DNA from: Auanema rhodensis
Taxonomy: Eukaryota; Animalia; Nematoda
Reading direction: 5' to 3'
Length of the DNA stretch: 64,000 bases
Assembly (NCBI GenBank): GCA_964057225.1
Contig: OZ059899.1
Span: 5,518,001-5,582,000, forward strand
The notes under the pieces are model-generated. The model worked only from the letters and a program-made list of their open reading frames with translations. It had not been told where the DNA came from and made no database searches. The position numbers were made by a program, and so were the translations under genes. Positions 1 to 15,416 of the stretch are shown here, piece after piece (position 1 is the stretch's first letter; every line of letters begins with the position of its first letter).

Positions 1-175
1 ATGCCCCACTCGCCTTTTGGTGGCCTGACAACAAGCGCCAATCCGTTCTCATTACGATCTTACCTCTTGTCCCAATTGGCGCTTGGTATAATTTAGTCAA
101 ATATTTCCTCCTTAAAACATTTAGATCATTCAAGTTTCCTACATTTAAACATTCAGGTTCAAAAGTTAAAGCATT
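1..175 (-). CDS. Possible exon(s) of a divergent gene running off the left edge
   Basis: Stop-free minus frame (NALTFEPECLNVGNLNDLNVLRRKYLTKLYQAPIGTRG...) with a possible in-frame GTAAG..TCAG 39-nt intron. No recognisable homology and start not found. Confidence 0.25.
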
Positions 176-441
176 CTAGCTTCATCTTGCAATTTAAGCC
201 CCCATTTTATGTTCTCAAGTACGCAATAAGCCGTTAGCCGTAACCCCGGGAAATTCCAATCAATTTTTTTCTTATTTCAAGTACGTAGTATGCACTTTAC
301 GTCACTTTCATTGATCTTGATTATTTTGCCACCTCAAATTATTCAGTCTTGTCTTATCGACTTTGTTGCATACTCCTTTCTCTTAGATTGTATTTTAATT
401 TTATGCTTATTACTCAAATTTCTTTTTAAGCTCTTTTAATA

Positions 442-2210
442 ATGATTGGTCGGTTTCTCTGTCGCCCTCTGGAAGCTTGCAAGCAAGCAATTCGTAGTGG
501 ATCAATTTCCTCACGGTAAGCTGAAACCGGAAACAGTAATAATTTTTTCTTTAGTAGTCAGGATAGTGCTCTACCATGGAGTCCATCTGGGGATCCACAC
601 ACTTCCTTCTACGCAAGTGACTTGTTAATTACCCCCGTTAACGAGAAGAAGATGAAGCCTACAGATGTATGCTTTGTACTTCCGTTTTTTTCTTTATTTA
701 TGAATTCCTAGAATGACAATCTCGGTTTTGGCTTACTTTTTGCCGATTATATGTTGGATATTGACTGGAACTCCAAGTCTGGTTGGACTCGTCCCCATAT
801 TAAGAAAATGGAAAATCTTTCCATTCACCCTGCTGCGAAGGTATTTTTTCTAATTTGCGTATCTGAAATACAATTATTTATAGTCACTTCACTATGCTGC
901 CCAGCTCTTTGAAGGAATGAAGGCATACAGAGGTGTTGACGGAAGAGTTCGCCTGTTCCGACCAGACTTGAATATGGCTCGTATGAGAAGATCTGCTGCA
1001 CGGTGTGCTCTTCCCGACTTCAATGGTGACCAATTAATTGATATTATTGTTGAATTGGTAATTTTCCATAGTAATATTTGTATTATATATTTCCGAACAG
1101 GTACGACAAGATCTGGACTGGGTTCCATACTCTGAAGTTGGATCTCTCTACATTCGTCCTACATTGATTGGAACTGATTCTACTCTTGGTGTAGCTCAAT
1201 CCTTAGATGCCAAGTTATTTGTTTTAACAGGACCTGTTGGAGGCTATTTCGGAAAAGGAAATCAGGTATATTCAAATTTCTACTTCTATAAAGTATAATA
1301 AATAATTTTAGGCAGTCACTCTTCTTGCTGATTCCAAATGTATCCGTGCTTGGCCCGGAGGTGTTGGACAATACAAAATGGGATGCAACTACGCTCCTAC
1401 TGTGAGAGTATCTGCCAATGCTTTAAATAAAGGCTGTCAGCAAGTTTTATGGCTTAGCGAAGAAGAGCAATGGGTATACATTTGCTAAAATAAAAAAAAA
1501 GTTATTATTTAAAATTAGGTAACCGAGGCAGGAACTATGAATATATTTATGTTCTGGCGTAATGAGCAGGGAGAGAATGAATTGGTCACCCCATCCCTCA
1601 AGAGCGGTTTGATTTTCTTTTCTGCGCACTATTAAAATATATCTTTTTAGGTGCCATTCTTCCCGGTGTAACTCGCCAGTCCCTTTTGGATTTATCCAGA
1701 CAATGGGGTGAATTCCAAGTTGTCGAAAAAGATTTCACTATTAAGCAATTGAAACAGGCTGCTAAGGAAAATCGGGTAAGAAATGCTCTACTGCTATTGA
1801 CAGCTGATATCTGTCTCGAGTTAATTATTTAATTTTAAGGTATTTGAATTCTTCGGATGTGGTACAGCTGCTGTTGTAACACCCGTGGAAGGTATTTTAT
1901 ATGTTAACCATGAAACTCAACAAGAAGAAAGAATCTCTATCCCAACTATGAGTAGTCCATATGGAATAATGAAGAGGTATGTTAAATAAGTGTTAATGAT
2001 TATAGTATAGTAAATAATATGTATCATGCCATTTCACATGGCGTGACTCATGAACCTAGAATGACCCCCAAAGTTTAAAGATATTCACAATTTCCCGCGC
2101 TGATTGACGATAGGCACGCCTAATGTTTTTATTTTAGGCTCTACCAAGAGGTCATCGATATTCAGTACGGTCGTTCAGAGCAGCCTGGATGGACGCGCGA
2201 AGTTTCCTAG
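442..2210 (+). CDS. bcat-1: Branched-chain amino acid aminotransferase (PLP fold IV), 10 exons, probable mitochondrial presequence
   Basis: Spliced translation has [35 protein letters not shown] (PLP lysine), [21 protein letters not shown] and DIQYG. All 9 introns are GT-AG and in frame. Stop TAG 2208-2210. Confidence 0.95.
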
Positions 2211-2860
2211 ATTCATATTTATAAGAAGTTTTAAAAAAATTACGGACATATTAGAATTCTAGTTTCGTGTTTGTACCTCCTTGAACTGACGGTTTAACCG
2301 ATCGACACTTGCACACTTGCTTTCCATATTTGAATTCTCTCAATTTCCTCTAATCGTCTCGCATTTTATGATGATTCGTTTTTATCGAATAATATATATA
2401 CATACATACATATATATATATCTATATATATATAATAATATTTCGTGTTGTTTGACTTATGCACTTGTAAGCATGCTTTTATGCAGAATATATATTTTTA
2501 GAGATTTTTGTTTATGTTTATTTGTAGAAATAGAAAAATTTAGGTACAAATCTGAGAAAATTATGGTTTCCGAAATTGAACAAAATGATCAACTTACGGA
2601 TGTAGCAAAAGATAGGTAGGCAGAATGTTTATAATTGTGTTTCGAAAACTAAACTGCGCCATCGACGTAAATATTTTGGTAGCAACTGGGGCAAATCGAT
2701 GTCAGTTTTGACACTGGAGAGTGAAGAGAAACAGAGTGTAGAGAATGAGAAAGAACAGCGGGCGTACGTGTTAGATGTTCCATTCTTAACCGATTCCTGA
2801 TGTGAGCTTCTTTCCACGACGTGTGTGAGTCATTTTCTTCTGCCTCAACAAGTTCTTGTT

Positions 2861-4934
<2,074 letters not shown>

Positions 4935-5267
4935 TTTAATTTTATGTCAACATTGTATATGTATCGCTAGAATGTAGTTTTAATTAATATATAAGAATTT
5001 TAAGCATTTCATCTTGCATTAAAAAACGTTTAACACTTTTATTGCCATTTTACTTCACTTTTAATTAACTAAATCTTTCAAATTGGTTTAAAGCCTTTAG
5101 TTTCTTCTTCTTACTCATGTAAACTATTCTCTCGTTTTTCTTCCACTAATATATAATGTTATAATATTGTATTCATTACCATATGGCTTTTAGGTAATCA
5201 GTTTTGCCAAAACCACTTTTCTCAGTATTATAATGTCAGAATATAGAGGTCTAGTCTTGTCATAATC

Positions 5268-5363
5268 AATAAAACTTTTTCAATACAGTGCAATTATATT
5301 TGAAGTTCTGTCTTTCCAAATATATTTATTTGTAGTGAGCTGATTTTGTACTGTTCAGTTCAG
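5268..5363 (+). promoter_or_regulatory. Intercistronic region: pcyt-1 AATAAA followed by the smg-4 trans-splice acceptor
   Basis: AATAAA at 5268-5273, T-rich spacer, GTTCAG ending at 5363 with ATG at 5365. Confidence 0.6.
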
Positions 5364-5364
5364 A

Positions 5365-7228
5365 ATGAGTGCAAATGAAGAACCAAAAGATAAAGCTAAA
5401 CGAAAAAAACCTATAAAGGTTAGAATCAAGGATTTGTGTACAAAAATTTGAATTGAAATTTTTTTTAGATAGTTGTTAGAAGATTACCACCTTATCTGAC
5501 ATTAGAGGAGTTCAAAGTTCAAATTGAACCACTTCCTCCAGTTGATCATATCTCCTTTATTACTGCTGACTTATCGTACAGCTATTTGATAATTTTGAAA
5601 CATTAGTTTCATTTTTTAGATTCGAGCCGCATGCATTTTCTCGTTGTTATTTGGTATTTTCGTCAGATGACGATGTAATTGACTTTAGTAATAGGTTCAA
5701 TCGCTATGTTTTCGTTGATAGTAAAGGTCATTTTTCAAATTTTTTTAGGATTAATTTTTTATCAAATTTAGGGTATGAATCATCAGCTATTGTTGAGTTA
5801 TCATTATTTGGAAAAATTCCTAGAACACATCCAGAAGATGCTAAACTTGATTGTTATTGTGGGCAAGTCGAACAAGGTTTAATAAGCACAAAGTTCTTGT
5901 AGTATTAAATGATTTCAGAAGTTGAATATAAACAGTTTCTGGATGAGATTGAAAATAGCCGTAACCTTACTTATCTTTCTTTAGAGGAACAAGTACGAGC
6001 TGTTCAACAGAAAGATGAAGGCTCTAAAAGTTATTTGTTTCGTTATTTCTTTATTTTTATTATTTTTTTAGATGGTACTTTCCAACAAACTCCTCTGACA
6101 CAATATTTATTCAAGAAAAACGAGGACAGATTTAAAAAATTGGAGGTATTTTCACTAGTGTTTCTCTATTTCAAATGCTGAATTCAAGGAGCGTAAGAAA
6201 CATAGGCACGATGAGAAAAAGCGTCGTAAAGACAGGAGAACTGAAGAGGATACTAGCAAAAAAACATCTCCACAAACTTCAGCTACGTCATATCATTCAA
6301 AAGGTTAGTTATGCCCGAACGCTCCTTATATATTTTTAACAAACGCAATTTCATGCTCAAATCTTTCAGTTTCGAACTCGAAAAAGAAGAGTGAAAAGCC
6401 TGAACACTTCAGGTTGTTTTAAGGTAATGATGAAATCTTATTATTATTTTATAGAGGCAATAAGCTATCAAAAAAAGAAGAAAATGATAAATATGTTCTG
6501 GAAGTGAAGCCAAAAGATGATGAAAAGAGTGATACACGCAAAAAAGATGATCATTCCACATTTTCTACGTGAGTATTATTCTTATATGTGTGACGCAGTA
6601 CAGTCTTTTATCAAAAATTGTTTGAGTTTCTTTTTCCAGGACAACACATCGAGATGTTCCTGTAGACGATGATAAGGGCAGCAGACACAAGAAAGAGCAT
6701 TCTCACTTTACTAAGTATGTTTACTGCCATCTTTGTCTTTGACATTGACTCATATCATGCTTTGTTTAAATTTTCCTTTCTTCCAGTAAAGCATATCGCG
6801 ATCCTGCTCCAGAATCAACAGATGATAAAAGTGATAGACCAAAAAAAGAATATTCAAAGTAAGATTGATATTTAGTTTCTGTTTATGATGTAGTATTTAA
6901 TATATAAAGACTAATCATGAAGCATACGATGGTTGCAATTTCAGGCTTTACAGGAAAGGGGTTGCGCCAGGTTTCGAAGGCGCTCCTAATTATAGTTACT
7001 CCAATTGGAATAGTAACCGTATAACAGCCGTTAGCAAAGATCCCTCAGAAAAAAAGAAAAACAAGGTTAGGATTTATTTTTCGTAGTTCTTGATAGAAGT
7101 TAACGTCCATAATATATTTATAGTTTAAGGCCCGTCCCGATAGAGAGATTTACAGGCCAGGGCAAAGATCACACAGGGCTACTGGTGCTCGTAGTGGTAC
7201 AGAAGGCGGTGAAGCTCAACAACAATAG
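5365..7228 (+). CDS. smg-4: UPF3/SMG-4 nonsense-mediated decay factor
   Basis: KIVVRRLPP..FSRCYL..FNRYVFVDSKG..SAIVE (UPF3 RRM-like domain), TPLTQY, a charged middle region and C-terminal KARPDREIYRPG resembling the UPF3 EJC-binding motif. Exons traced in frame. Confidence 0.9.
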
Positions 7229-9904
7229 CTGTCCAAGAATGTGTTAAATCAACTCAAAGCGTTTACCTTTACTCTAGGTTATCCAGAATCAAAACCACGA
7301 GTGCTCAAATGCTATTCTGATTGATTTGTCTGTTATATACGGATAAACGCAGATGAAGAGCTGGATGTTTACCTTATGTTAAAATCTTTTATTTGATTCA
7401 TGCCTAGAAGTATCATATCTCAAGAAAAAGTGGATGAAAATCATTATCACATCAGATTTTTCTAAATAAATTGTTACGATTCTCTATTATTCATATTATG
7501 AAAAGTTATTGACTTGAAGTTGTCGGAAAAACATTTCAAAGAAATGCCGCACGAGGCAACTCAAAGCTTTATACTTGAGCTTTATACTTCTCTTCTGTCA
7601 CATCAGTATCCTTGACAAGTGACCTCGAGAGGAGGAGATATGACTGAGTGTTATATGCCGTCTTTCACTTCATTTTCTTTGGTTTGCTAAGTTCTAAATT
7701 TTCTTGGGTATTCAATTTTTTTCAATAAAGTAGATGTAAGTTTTGTTTATTGCTTCTCGTTTATCCTTAAGTTTATATTGTCTCAGAGTTGTTCATACAA
7801 AAGAATTATGCTCGAAACATTGTCTTCATCGTCTCTTCGGTTTCTAAATGGAAGAGGTTCTATTCCTCAACAGAAGTTCGTACTCTAGATTGGATTTTTC
7901 TGAACACTTGTCAATCAAAAATTCTTTATCCGGAGAAACAGAATGTGGAGTATTTCGAATAAAATGCGAACGTGAAAGAAAATGTTTTATAAGTTTCAAA
8001 AGTTTTTTTAGAATTTATCGAACAAATAACATAATTTCTTCAAACATGATCATTTTATGCATATCTATTTGTCTATTTCAGTTCTCTGGATATGAACAGC
8101 AGGCAACAACGTGCAAAACTTAATGTAAGCTTTCCTTTTTCCATTTTAAAATTATATTTATCTCATCTTGATGCTGCAAATGTGTACATTTCCATAAATA
8201 TTACTTCTGTTTCACTTTATTTCCCTCTGGCTGTCGCTATATTACTGAGTTCTAAGTACACTTCAATTCTCATGACCAATCTATTCTGAGGTTTCGATCA
8301 GTTATTATGCTTCCATATAAGAAATTCTACCAAGAGCTCTTTCCGGCTCTTTTATTCCCTTCTACTTTCCCATTACCGAATTGGAGATTGAGAGTTGAGA
8401 TTCCTTCATTATCTGAGAGCTATAGTTCCGGATAGCAGCTTTCATCAACCTCTGCCTAATGAACCACCTCGAAGTGAGTATAGTTGATAGGACGAGTATA
8501 TACAGTGATGACGTAAGTATTTTTTTCTTTCAAGATTCATAATTGGTTCATTTTGTTTAAATACAAAATCATACAACCATTCAGTTCAGTTTGCAAAGTT
8601 TAAAATGAATTATTTTATTGACTTCATTCTTTCATAAAACCATAAATAACCGTTGATCATTACACTAAATCAAAATGTTCTCTAGATTTACATATATAGA
8701 TATAGAAAGCTATTCATGTACTGGATATCATACAATGATTTCAATTCCATAGAGAATATATATAGATATTGATGTCATTAATCATTCTGACAGTAGAATG
8801 TTGAATTACTGTTCCATCTGCTATAGTTTGCAGAATTTATGTTAAGTTATTGTAATTGAATCATTTGTCATATTCTTTATTTTAAATTTCTACATTATTT
8901 TATCTCATTAATTGTATAAAATTATTTTTTTTTTTGAATTAAATTATAAATAATTAGAGAAGAATATAAGACTTTAGTTTATTCCATCATTTCAAAATAA
9001 GTAAATAATAGTTCCAATATTCTAAGATAGAGAGAAAGAGAGGGAGAACGAGAGAAAAATGGACAGGAGATAAATATTATACGCAGCAGCATCGAACCGT
9101 CAATTCATCACCTGTGTAATGAAACTGGTCAATGTTGGTCTCCCGTTCACTTATCTTGTCCTCATCTTCTCTTCCAATCTTGGCTGCTTAACTACTGCTT
9201 TACTAAGCTTTATTTTTCTTTTGTCATTCCAGCAGTAGTTTTTCTCATTCTAATGGCATAAGCTTTCACTTGGTCAAACTGAAAAAAAGCAATTTACATT
9301 CATATTTCTTCATACCTATACATACATACTCATATATCTCAAACAAGACTTAAGGCGGAGTTTCATATGTTACGTTGGCTACTCAATGCTATCCAAGCAA
9401 GCTTACATCAACAGTTGTTGAGAAATAAGAAAATGTTTTATCATTTGATATTCCTTTCAATTCTTGATTCAATTTGCTTAATCCAATTATAATTTTTTTC
9501 ATTCATAGCCTTCATAATTTTGAATTTTTTGCATTTTTTTTTGAAAAAATTTCAATTTTTGGTTAATTTTTGGTTATTCTTTGAGATCTTGAATCTTTCT
9601 CGAGTTTCAAAATAGAATAAATAAAAGATTAAGAAACTGTTAAACAAAATTTTAGAAGAAAGTACATGCATTTTGACTAATTGATTATATTATTCTATTA
9701 TCTCTTTCTTTTTCTGAAATATATTTATATTTATGAATATTCTATATATTTATTTAACCAAACTTATTTTTTTTTCAAAATATTCAATATATTCAACTAT
9801 GACTTTGACTTTGTTCTAACTTTTGCTCTTTGTTTCAGAACAAATCAGATTATGTTCATTTAACAGACAAAATTTAAATCTTTGCAAAAATATCTTGAAA
9901 AAAG

Positions 9905-12038
9905 ATGAATGTGAGTCAATTGTCGGCCACTGAACGCCGAAATCGGTTGATGAGACGAATACATACGCTTCAATCAGAAGATGTATCAGCTTGCGGAAGT
10001 AGCTTGGAATTGGATTCAATACGTGACTCTATAGATGGTGAAATTTCTTTTCATATTTTCTTCATAGTTTTCATATTTGAAAATTTTGTTGAAAATATAT
10101 TCCTTCGTATAAGGATAGTATTTTGAAGGGCGAAGCAGCGATAGTGATCCAGCTTTTGAACATAAGCAATCTAATCCAGCATTTTTACGTGTACCTACAA
10201 TGCATGAACTTGGACTCGATTATGGAGAATCACGACCACATAAAAGGGTCTCTCAAAATAAAATTTTATTTCATTAAAATCAATATGATATGATGTGAAC
10301 GCATATATATCGCATTTTTGCTAGTTTTAAAGGTTAAATGTCATGTCGAACAGATAGTTTGACAAGAGTGATGCTAGTTAGATTTTAGCCACCTGTCCAT
10401 CCAATAACCCAGACATCTCAAACTTCAACTAAACAAGTTGTAACACATCAAGTATCTAATGACAAAGAACCTTATAAAAGCGTTTCCTTTTCTTTTTTTA
10501 ATAATTTATTTATGATAAATATTCCAAAAGCTAGAGAGAAAATTAATTATATTCTTTTTATACATTTTCAATAGTTATTTGAAATTATTTGAAGGATGCC
10601 ATTGAAAAAATTCCGATGCGTGCTCGCTCTCAAAGTTGGTTAATCCGAACACGACATCTTCTTCACGAAGAGAGGGTATGTTAAATCTTTTCTTTTTTTA
10701 AGTTATAATGTTTTTTTTATTTTTTAGCAAACTCCAGTCATAATATCTCGGTTAATGTTCATATTTTCACTCTGTTTAATTATATTATCATTTCCATTTA
10801 GTTTATGCTTTTGTTTAAAAATTATAAAGTAAGTTTATATATGATATAGATAATATAAATAATATTTTTTATTTTAAAGAGAATATCAAAGAGCTGTTAT
10901 ATTTCGACTAGGTCGCTTAATTCAATGTGGTACAAAAGGACCTGGATTATTTTTCTTACTTCCATGTATTGATACATGCAAAATTGTAAAGTCATATAAT
11001 TATATTTTTTTTAGAAAAAAAAGTATTTTTCAGGTTGATTTGAGAGTTTTATCTTTTGATGTTCCTCCACAAGAAATTTTAAGTCGTGATTCAGTAACAG
11101 TATGTGTAGAAGCTGTCATATTCTTTCGTGTATCAAATCCGGTAAGAAAAAATATTTTTAATACACACACACACATATATATAAGAAGAATATATATATT
11201 ATATAAAGATGACATAGTCATTGCGTGCAACATAAATATATTCATTTTATATTAAAAAATTGATTTATTTGACCTTTTCTTCAGGTAATATCTGTGACAA
11301 ATGTGAATGATGCCCAGTTTAGTACAAGACTTTTAGCTCAAACAACTCTTCGAAATGTTTTGGGAACTAAAACACTTAGTGAAATGCTAAGTGAAAGAGA
11401 TGCTATAGCAGCAGTTAGTTAGATGTTTATTACATTTTTTATAATTTTTTTCAAATTAAAAAAATATTTCAATTTATTTTTTCTTCTTAAATATACTTTA
11501 TTTATATATATTATAAGTTTAGATTACTGAAAAAGTATTGGATGAAGGAACTGATCCATGGGGAGTTAAAGTAGAACGTGTTGAAATTAGGGATATTCGT
11601 CTACCTCATATGTTAATGAGAAGTATGGCTGCAGAAGCTGAAGCTGTTCGAAATGCTAGAGCTGCTATGATAGCAGCTGAAGGAGAACGAAACGCCAGCA
11701 AGTATATAAAACATATTATGAGAATATAATATTTTGAATATAATTTTAGAAAATATAATGAAGCAGCAGAAATTATTTGTTCTAATTCAATGACAGTACA
11801 ACTACGATATCTTCAAACTCTTAATCGTGTTGCTAGAGAAAGGTATAATATATAATACATATAGTATAGAAAATATATTTTTCAAAAATTAAAATTTAAC
11901 TAATATATGATGTTTATTTAAATTATTTTTTATAGAAATAATACAATTGTTATACCATATCCAGCAGAATTAGCCAGACATTTCGTTCAGAAGTACGCAA
12001 CACCCAAACAATCAACAAAGAGCTTGAAATCAAAGTGA
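9905..12038 (+). CDS. sto-5: Stomatin (SPFH) family protein; upstream exons at ~8.1-8.5 kb possible
   Basis: SATERR..MRRIHTLQSED, RSQSWLIRTRHLLHEER, EYQRAVIFRLGRL, KGPGLFF, VDLRVLSFDVPPQEILSRDSVTV, PWGVKVERVEI and QLRYLQTL. The N-terminus matches my recollection of C. elegans STO-5. Confidence 0.92.
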
Positions 12039-12372
12039 AATCTTGTAGATAAAATGAATTATAATTTAATAAAAAATAAATTATTAATAAATATATTTGT
12101 ATATTTTATATAATATCTAAAATAAATTGTTATATTTCAATTAAAAGTAATAATCTAGTAAGATTTTCTTAATCCTTTTTTTCTTGAGTACACATCATCT
12201 TTTTATCCTGGTATTTGAGGTGTAACAGGTCGAATTTATTGATTTTCGATGTTTAGCCTCTTAAAATTGAAGTCACACGGCATCTTAGACTTTAGCGAAA
12301 AGCTTGATTGAAACAGTTTCTATGTTATTCAACTATATATTATTCTAACTATACTTTTTAAAAAAAGTAGAT

Positions 12373-14698
12373 ATGTCTGTAATGAAAGTATCAAACTTCA
12401 ATTGGAATCAATTTCCCCAAGAATTATTAATATTAATTTATAAATATCTTCCAGCAAAGGTAATTTATAAATATATATAGTTATTTATAATTAATAATAT
12501 TATATTTTTATTTATTTAAAATGTTTTTATTTCATAGGATTTATCTAATGCAATGTGTGTAAATAAGTTTTGGAATTATGTGGGACAGTATGATAAATTA
12601 TGGAAAATTTTATTTGAAAAAGAATTTTTTTGGTTTTATTCCATTCCAAAGGTTTTTTTCAATATTCAAATTTTATTATTTATTAAATAAAATTTGAGGT
12701 TTTTGGTAATTTTCGTGAAGAACTGATATATTTCAAACGTGATCTTCCAGTAAAATTACAATTTTCAATTGAGCACTATGGTTATAATTGGCAAATTCCA
12801 ATCTTTTCAAATACGGGCAAATATCTGATAGTATCAGGAGAACCAGCAAGTTTCTCTGTATATTTCATATTTTAATATTTAATTATTTATAAAATATTAA
12901 GATATATTCAACAAAATCATTTGATTTATTAGATGAAAGATGTCTTGCTTCATCACTTAATTGGAATTCTATTGGATCAATGTATTTTTCTCCAGATGAT
13001 TGTAATGTTAGTTTATATTATATTTATTATTATAATTATATTTAAATTATATTAAGATACTTATAAATGGTATACGAAATGATAATACAGGAGAAATTGC
13101 TGTTTTCTCAATTGATCGTAAAATTTTATTAATTTAAATATTAAATTTGAAATCAAATGTTTTATAGCAGAATCATTTGAAATTCATTTTGTTTGTCGTG
13201 TTCTATCATTTCCAAAAGATTTCTATGGATGTTGGTTTGATAAAGAACATATCATTGTTGGAGAATATTATGAATTTGGATTTCAGTAAGTTAATGTAAA
13301 TGAGAGAAAATATATTATATTTAAACATATATAGATCACCTATAGCTACATCAATTTCACAAATATATTTGTGTTCTCTTCCAAAAACAAAGAGTGAATC
13401 ATCTAATTTTTATCCTTTTCTTAGGTATATTATATAATAATTAATATGATAATAATTAATTTTATTAGATTTTTAAATCAAAAAAGCTCAGTAGTTAGCC
13501 CTTTAATAACAAATGCTGTATCATCCCGATTTCGTCGTGTCATTCAAATTGGTCATCAAGCTAGATCAGAAGGAAAAGTATATAAATAAATAATATTTTA
13601 TTATATATATATATTAATTGCTTTAGAGCTTATCAGAAAAATTAGAAGAATTAGAATTGCAATCTGAAATTGGAAGTAATATCAAAGAATTACGCGAAGT
13701 TTATATAAATAATTTTTAGATTTTCATAAAGCTTTTTAGGTATTGGATCGTGATCAACAATGTTTTCGTTGTTATTTAAAACATCAATTAACTGAAGAAG
13801 AATATGGTGGTAATACAGGTAATATTAACTATAATCTTATAATTTATTTATTTATAAATATAAATTTAGAATGTAATTGTTGTTGTCATCAAATTTTTCA
13901 TAAAATGCTCATCTATGTAACTGGAGAATTTCGTGAACGTATTTGTTTCAAATTACTTGATAATGAACTTGTCAATGATTCTTTAAATTTTAGAAGATTT
14001 AAGCCAACTGATTCAACGTATATTTATATTTAAAAAAAAACATAATTAAACATTAATTATTATAGAGAAAATGAAAATAAAGAAGATGAACAGCCTGAAG
14101 ATCGATGGGAATATATCATGAGTCGTGTTGATCAACCTGATCATCACATCGATTTTGGTGGATCTGTTGATCATATTTGGTTGACACCAAATCAGAAGTA
14201 TTTAATTTAATTATATTAATTATAATTTATTATAATTTCAGAATATTATTTGTTAGTTTAGAAACTATTAGTAGAAATGAGAATAATGAACCGGATGGAA
14301 TATGTGTATGTATAGTGTTCTTTTCATAATATTATTATGAATGTACTAATATCAAAGAAATAGTTCAAAGATTTTCAGCATGAAGTGCGAGTGATAGATC
14401 TTGATAAGATGATAGTAGATCCGATAGGCTGTCGAGGAAGTGTTAAGCCCCAGGGACAAGGACGTGTATCATGTGGAAGTCGACTAGCTGTTAGGTTTAA
14501 AAGAATTTATTATAGATGAAAATGAAAATATTCAATTTAAGCTATTCTAAAAATGATATTAATATTTGGTCAGTACATCATATTGGTTTGCCAGTTGAAA
14601 AGCTTCATATTGATACTCCAATAAGCTCAGTTGCCGTACATCCCACCGAAAATTATTTAGCAGTAACATGTGGTTTTGAATTACGTATTTATAAATAA
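12373..14698 (+). CDS. FBXW5: F-box/WD40 protein, FBXW5-like (divergent), ~15 exons
   Basis: N-terminal F-box (FPQELLILIYKYL..CVNKFW..DKLWK), then FSPDDCNILING..GEIAVFS, FYGCWF, KMLIYVTG, DQPDHHID and VAVHPTE..LRIY, paralleling FBXW5 motifs. Confidence 0.78.
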
Positions 14699-14862
14699 TA
14701 ATAAATTTATATTTATTATGTAAACAACATATAAAACAAGAAAAACAAAATATTTGAATAGAATTCGAAACTAAGAAAGAAAGTACTAATAGAGCTTAAA
14801 TTTCATTTCGGGGGTTTAAGAATTCAGCGACAATATGTCAAGTCAGCTAGTCAGTAACTCAA

Positions 14863-15416
14863 TCAAGCCTTATTTAGAAACAGGGAGATCAAATCTAAAA
14901 CGCACTTCTTTAACTTTAGCAAAAGTTTAAAATTATTTATTTAGATTTACTATATATATATAGTAGATATACTATATGATATAATATGATTTTGTATACT
15001 ATATGTATATAGTATAGACGTTTCTATATACTCAATAAAGAATTTTGCTTTTCTCTTTCAAAACTTGATGATAAGGTGCTAATGCTGTCTCCCACAGTTC
15101 AACTACACAATCGAGCACCAAGTTTGTTTGGTCACTCCACGTGATCTAATCAGCTGCTGCTTACCCATAATAGGCTTTTCCTTTTTCATCTGCAAATACG
15201 AACAATAGAAAATGATCAATTCAGGATTAGGCTTTTTTTGGTTTTTTTTCTGTTTTTTTTTGAAGATTTTATTGATTAGCTCAATAAAAATATATTTCTA
15301 TGCTATTGCTATTCTCTCAAATTCATTTTGCTCACAATGATCGTGTCGATTATATCCTCAGGGCTAATCCAAGAAGCCGTCATCATCACCATCATCGTCA
15401 AGATGCATAATCGAAT
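14863..15416 (-). CDS. Candidate small unannotated gene (three in-phase exons), function unknown
   Basis: Exons 15416-15336 (AAG/GTGAG), 15189-15165 (TTTGCAG/GTAAG) and 14894-14863 (TTTTAG, TGA) join in frame. No homology recognised. Confidence 0.3.

Noticed and set aside
228-247. TAAGCC-G-TTAGCC-G-TAACCC, resembling the nematode telomere repeat
   Set aside because: Only three degenerate 7-nt units, not a TTAGGC array. More likely promoter sequence.
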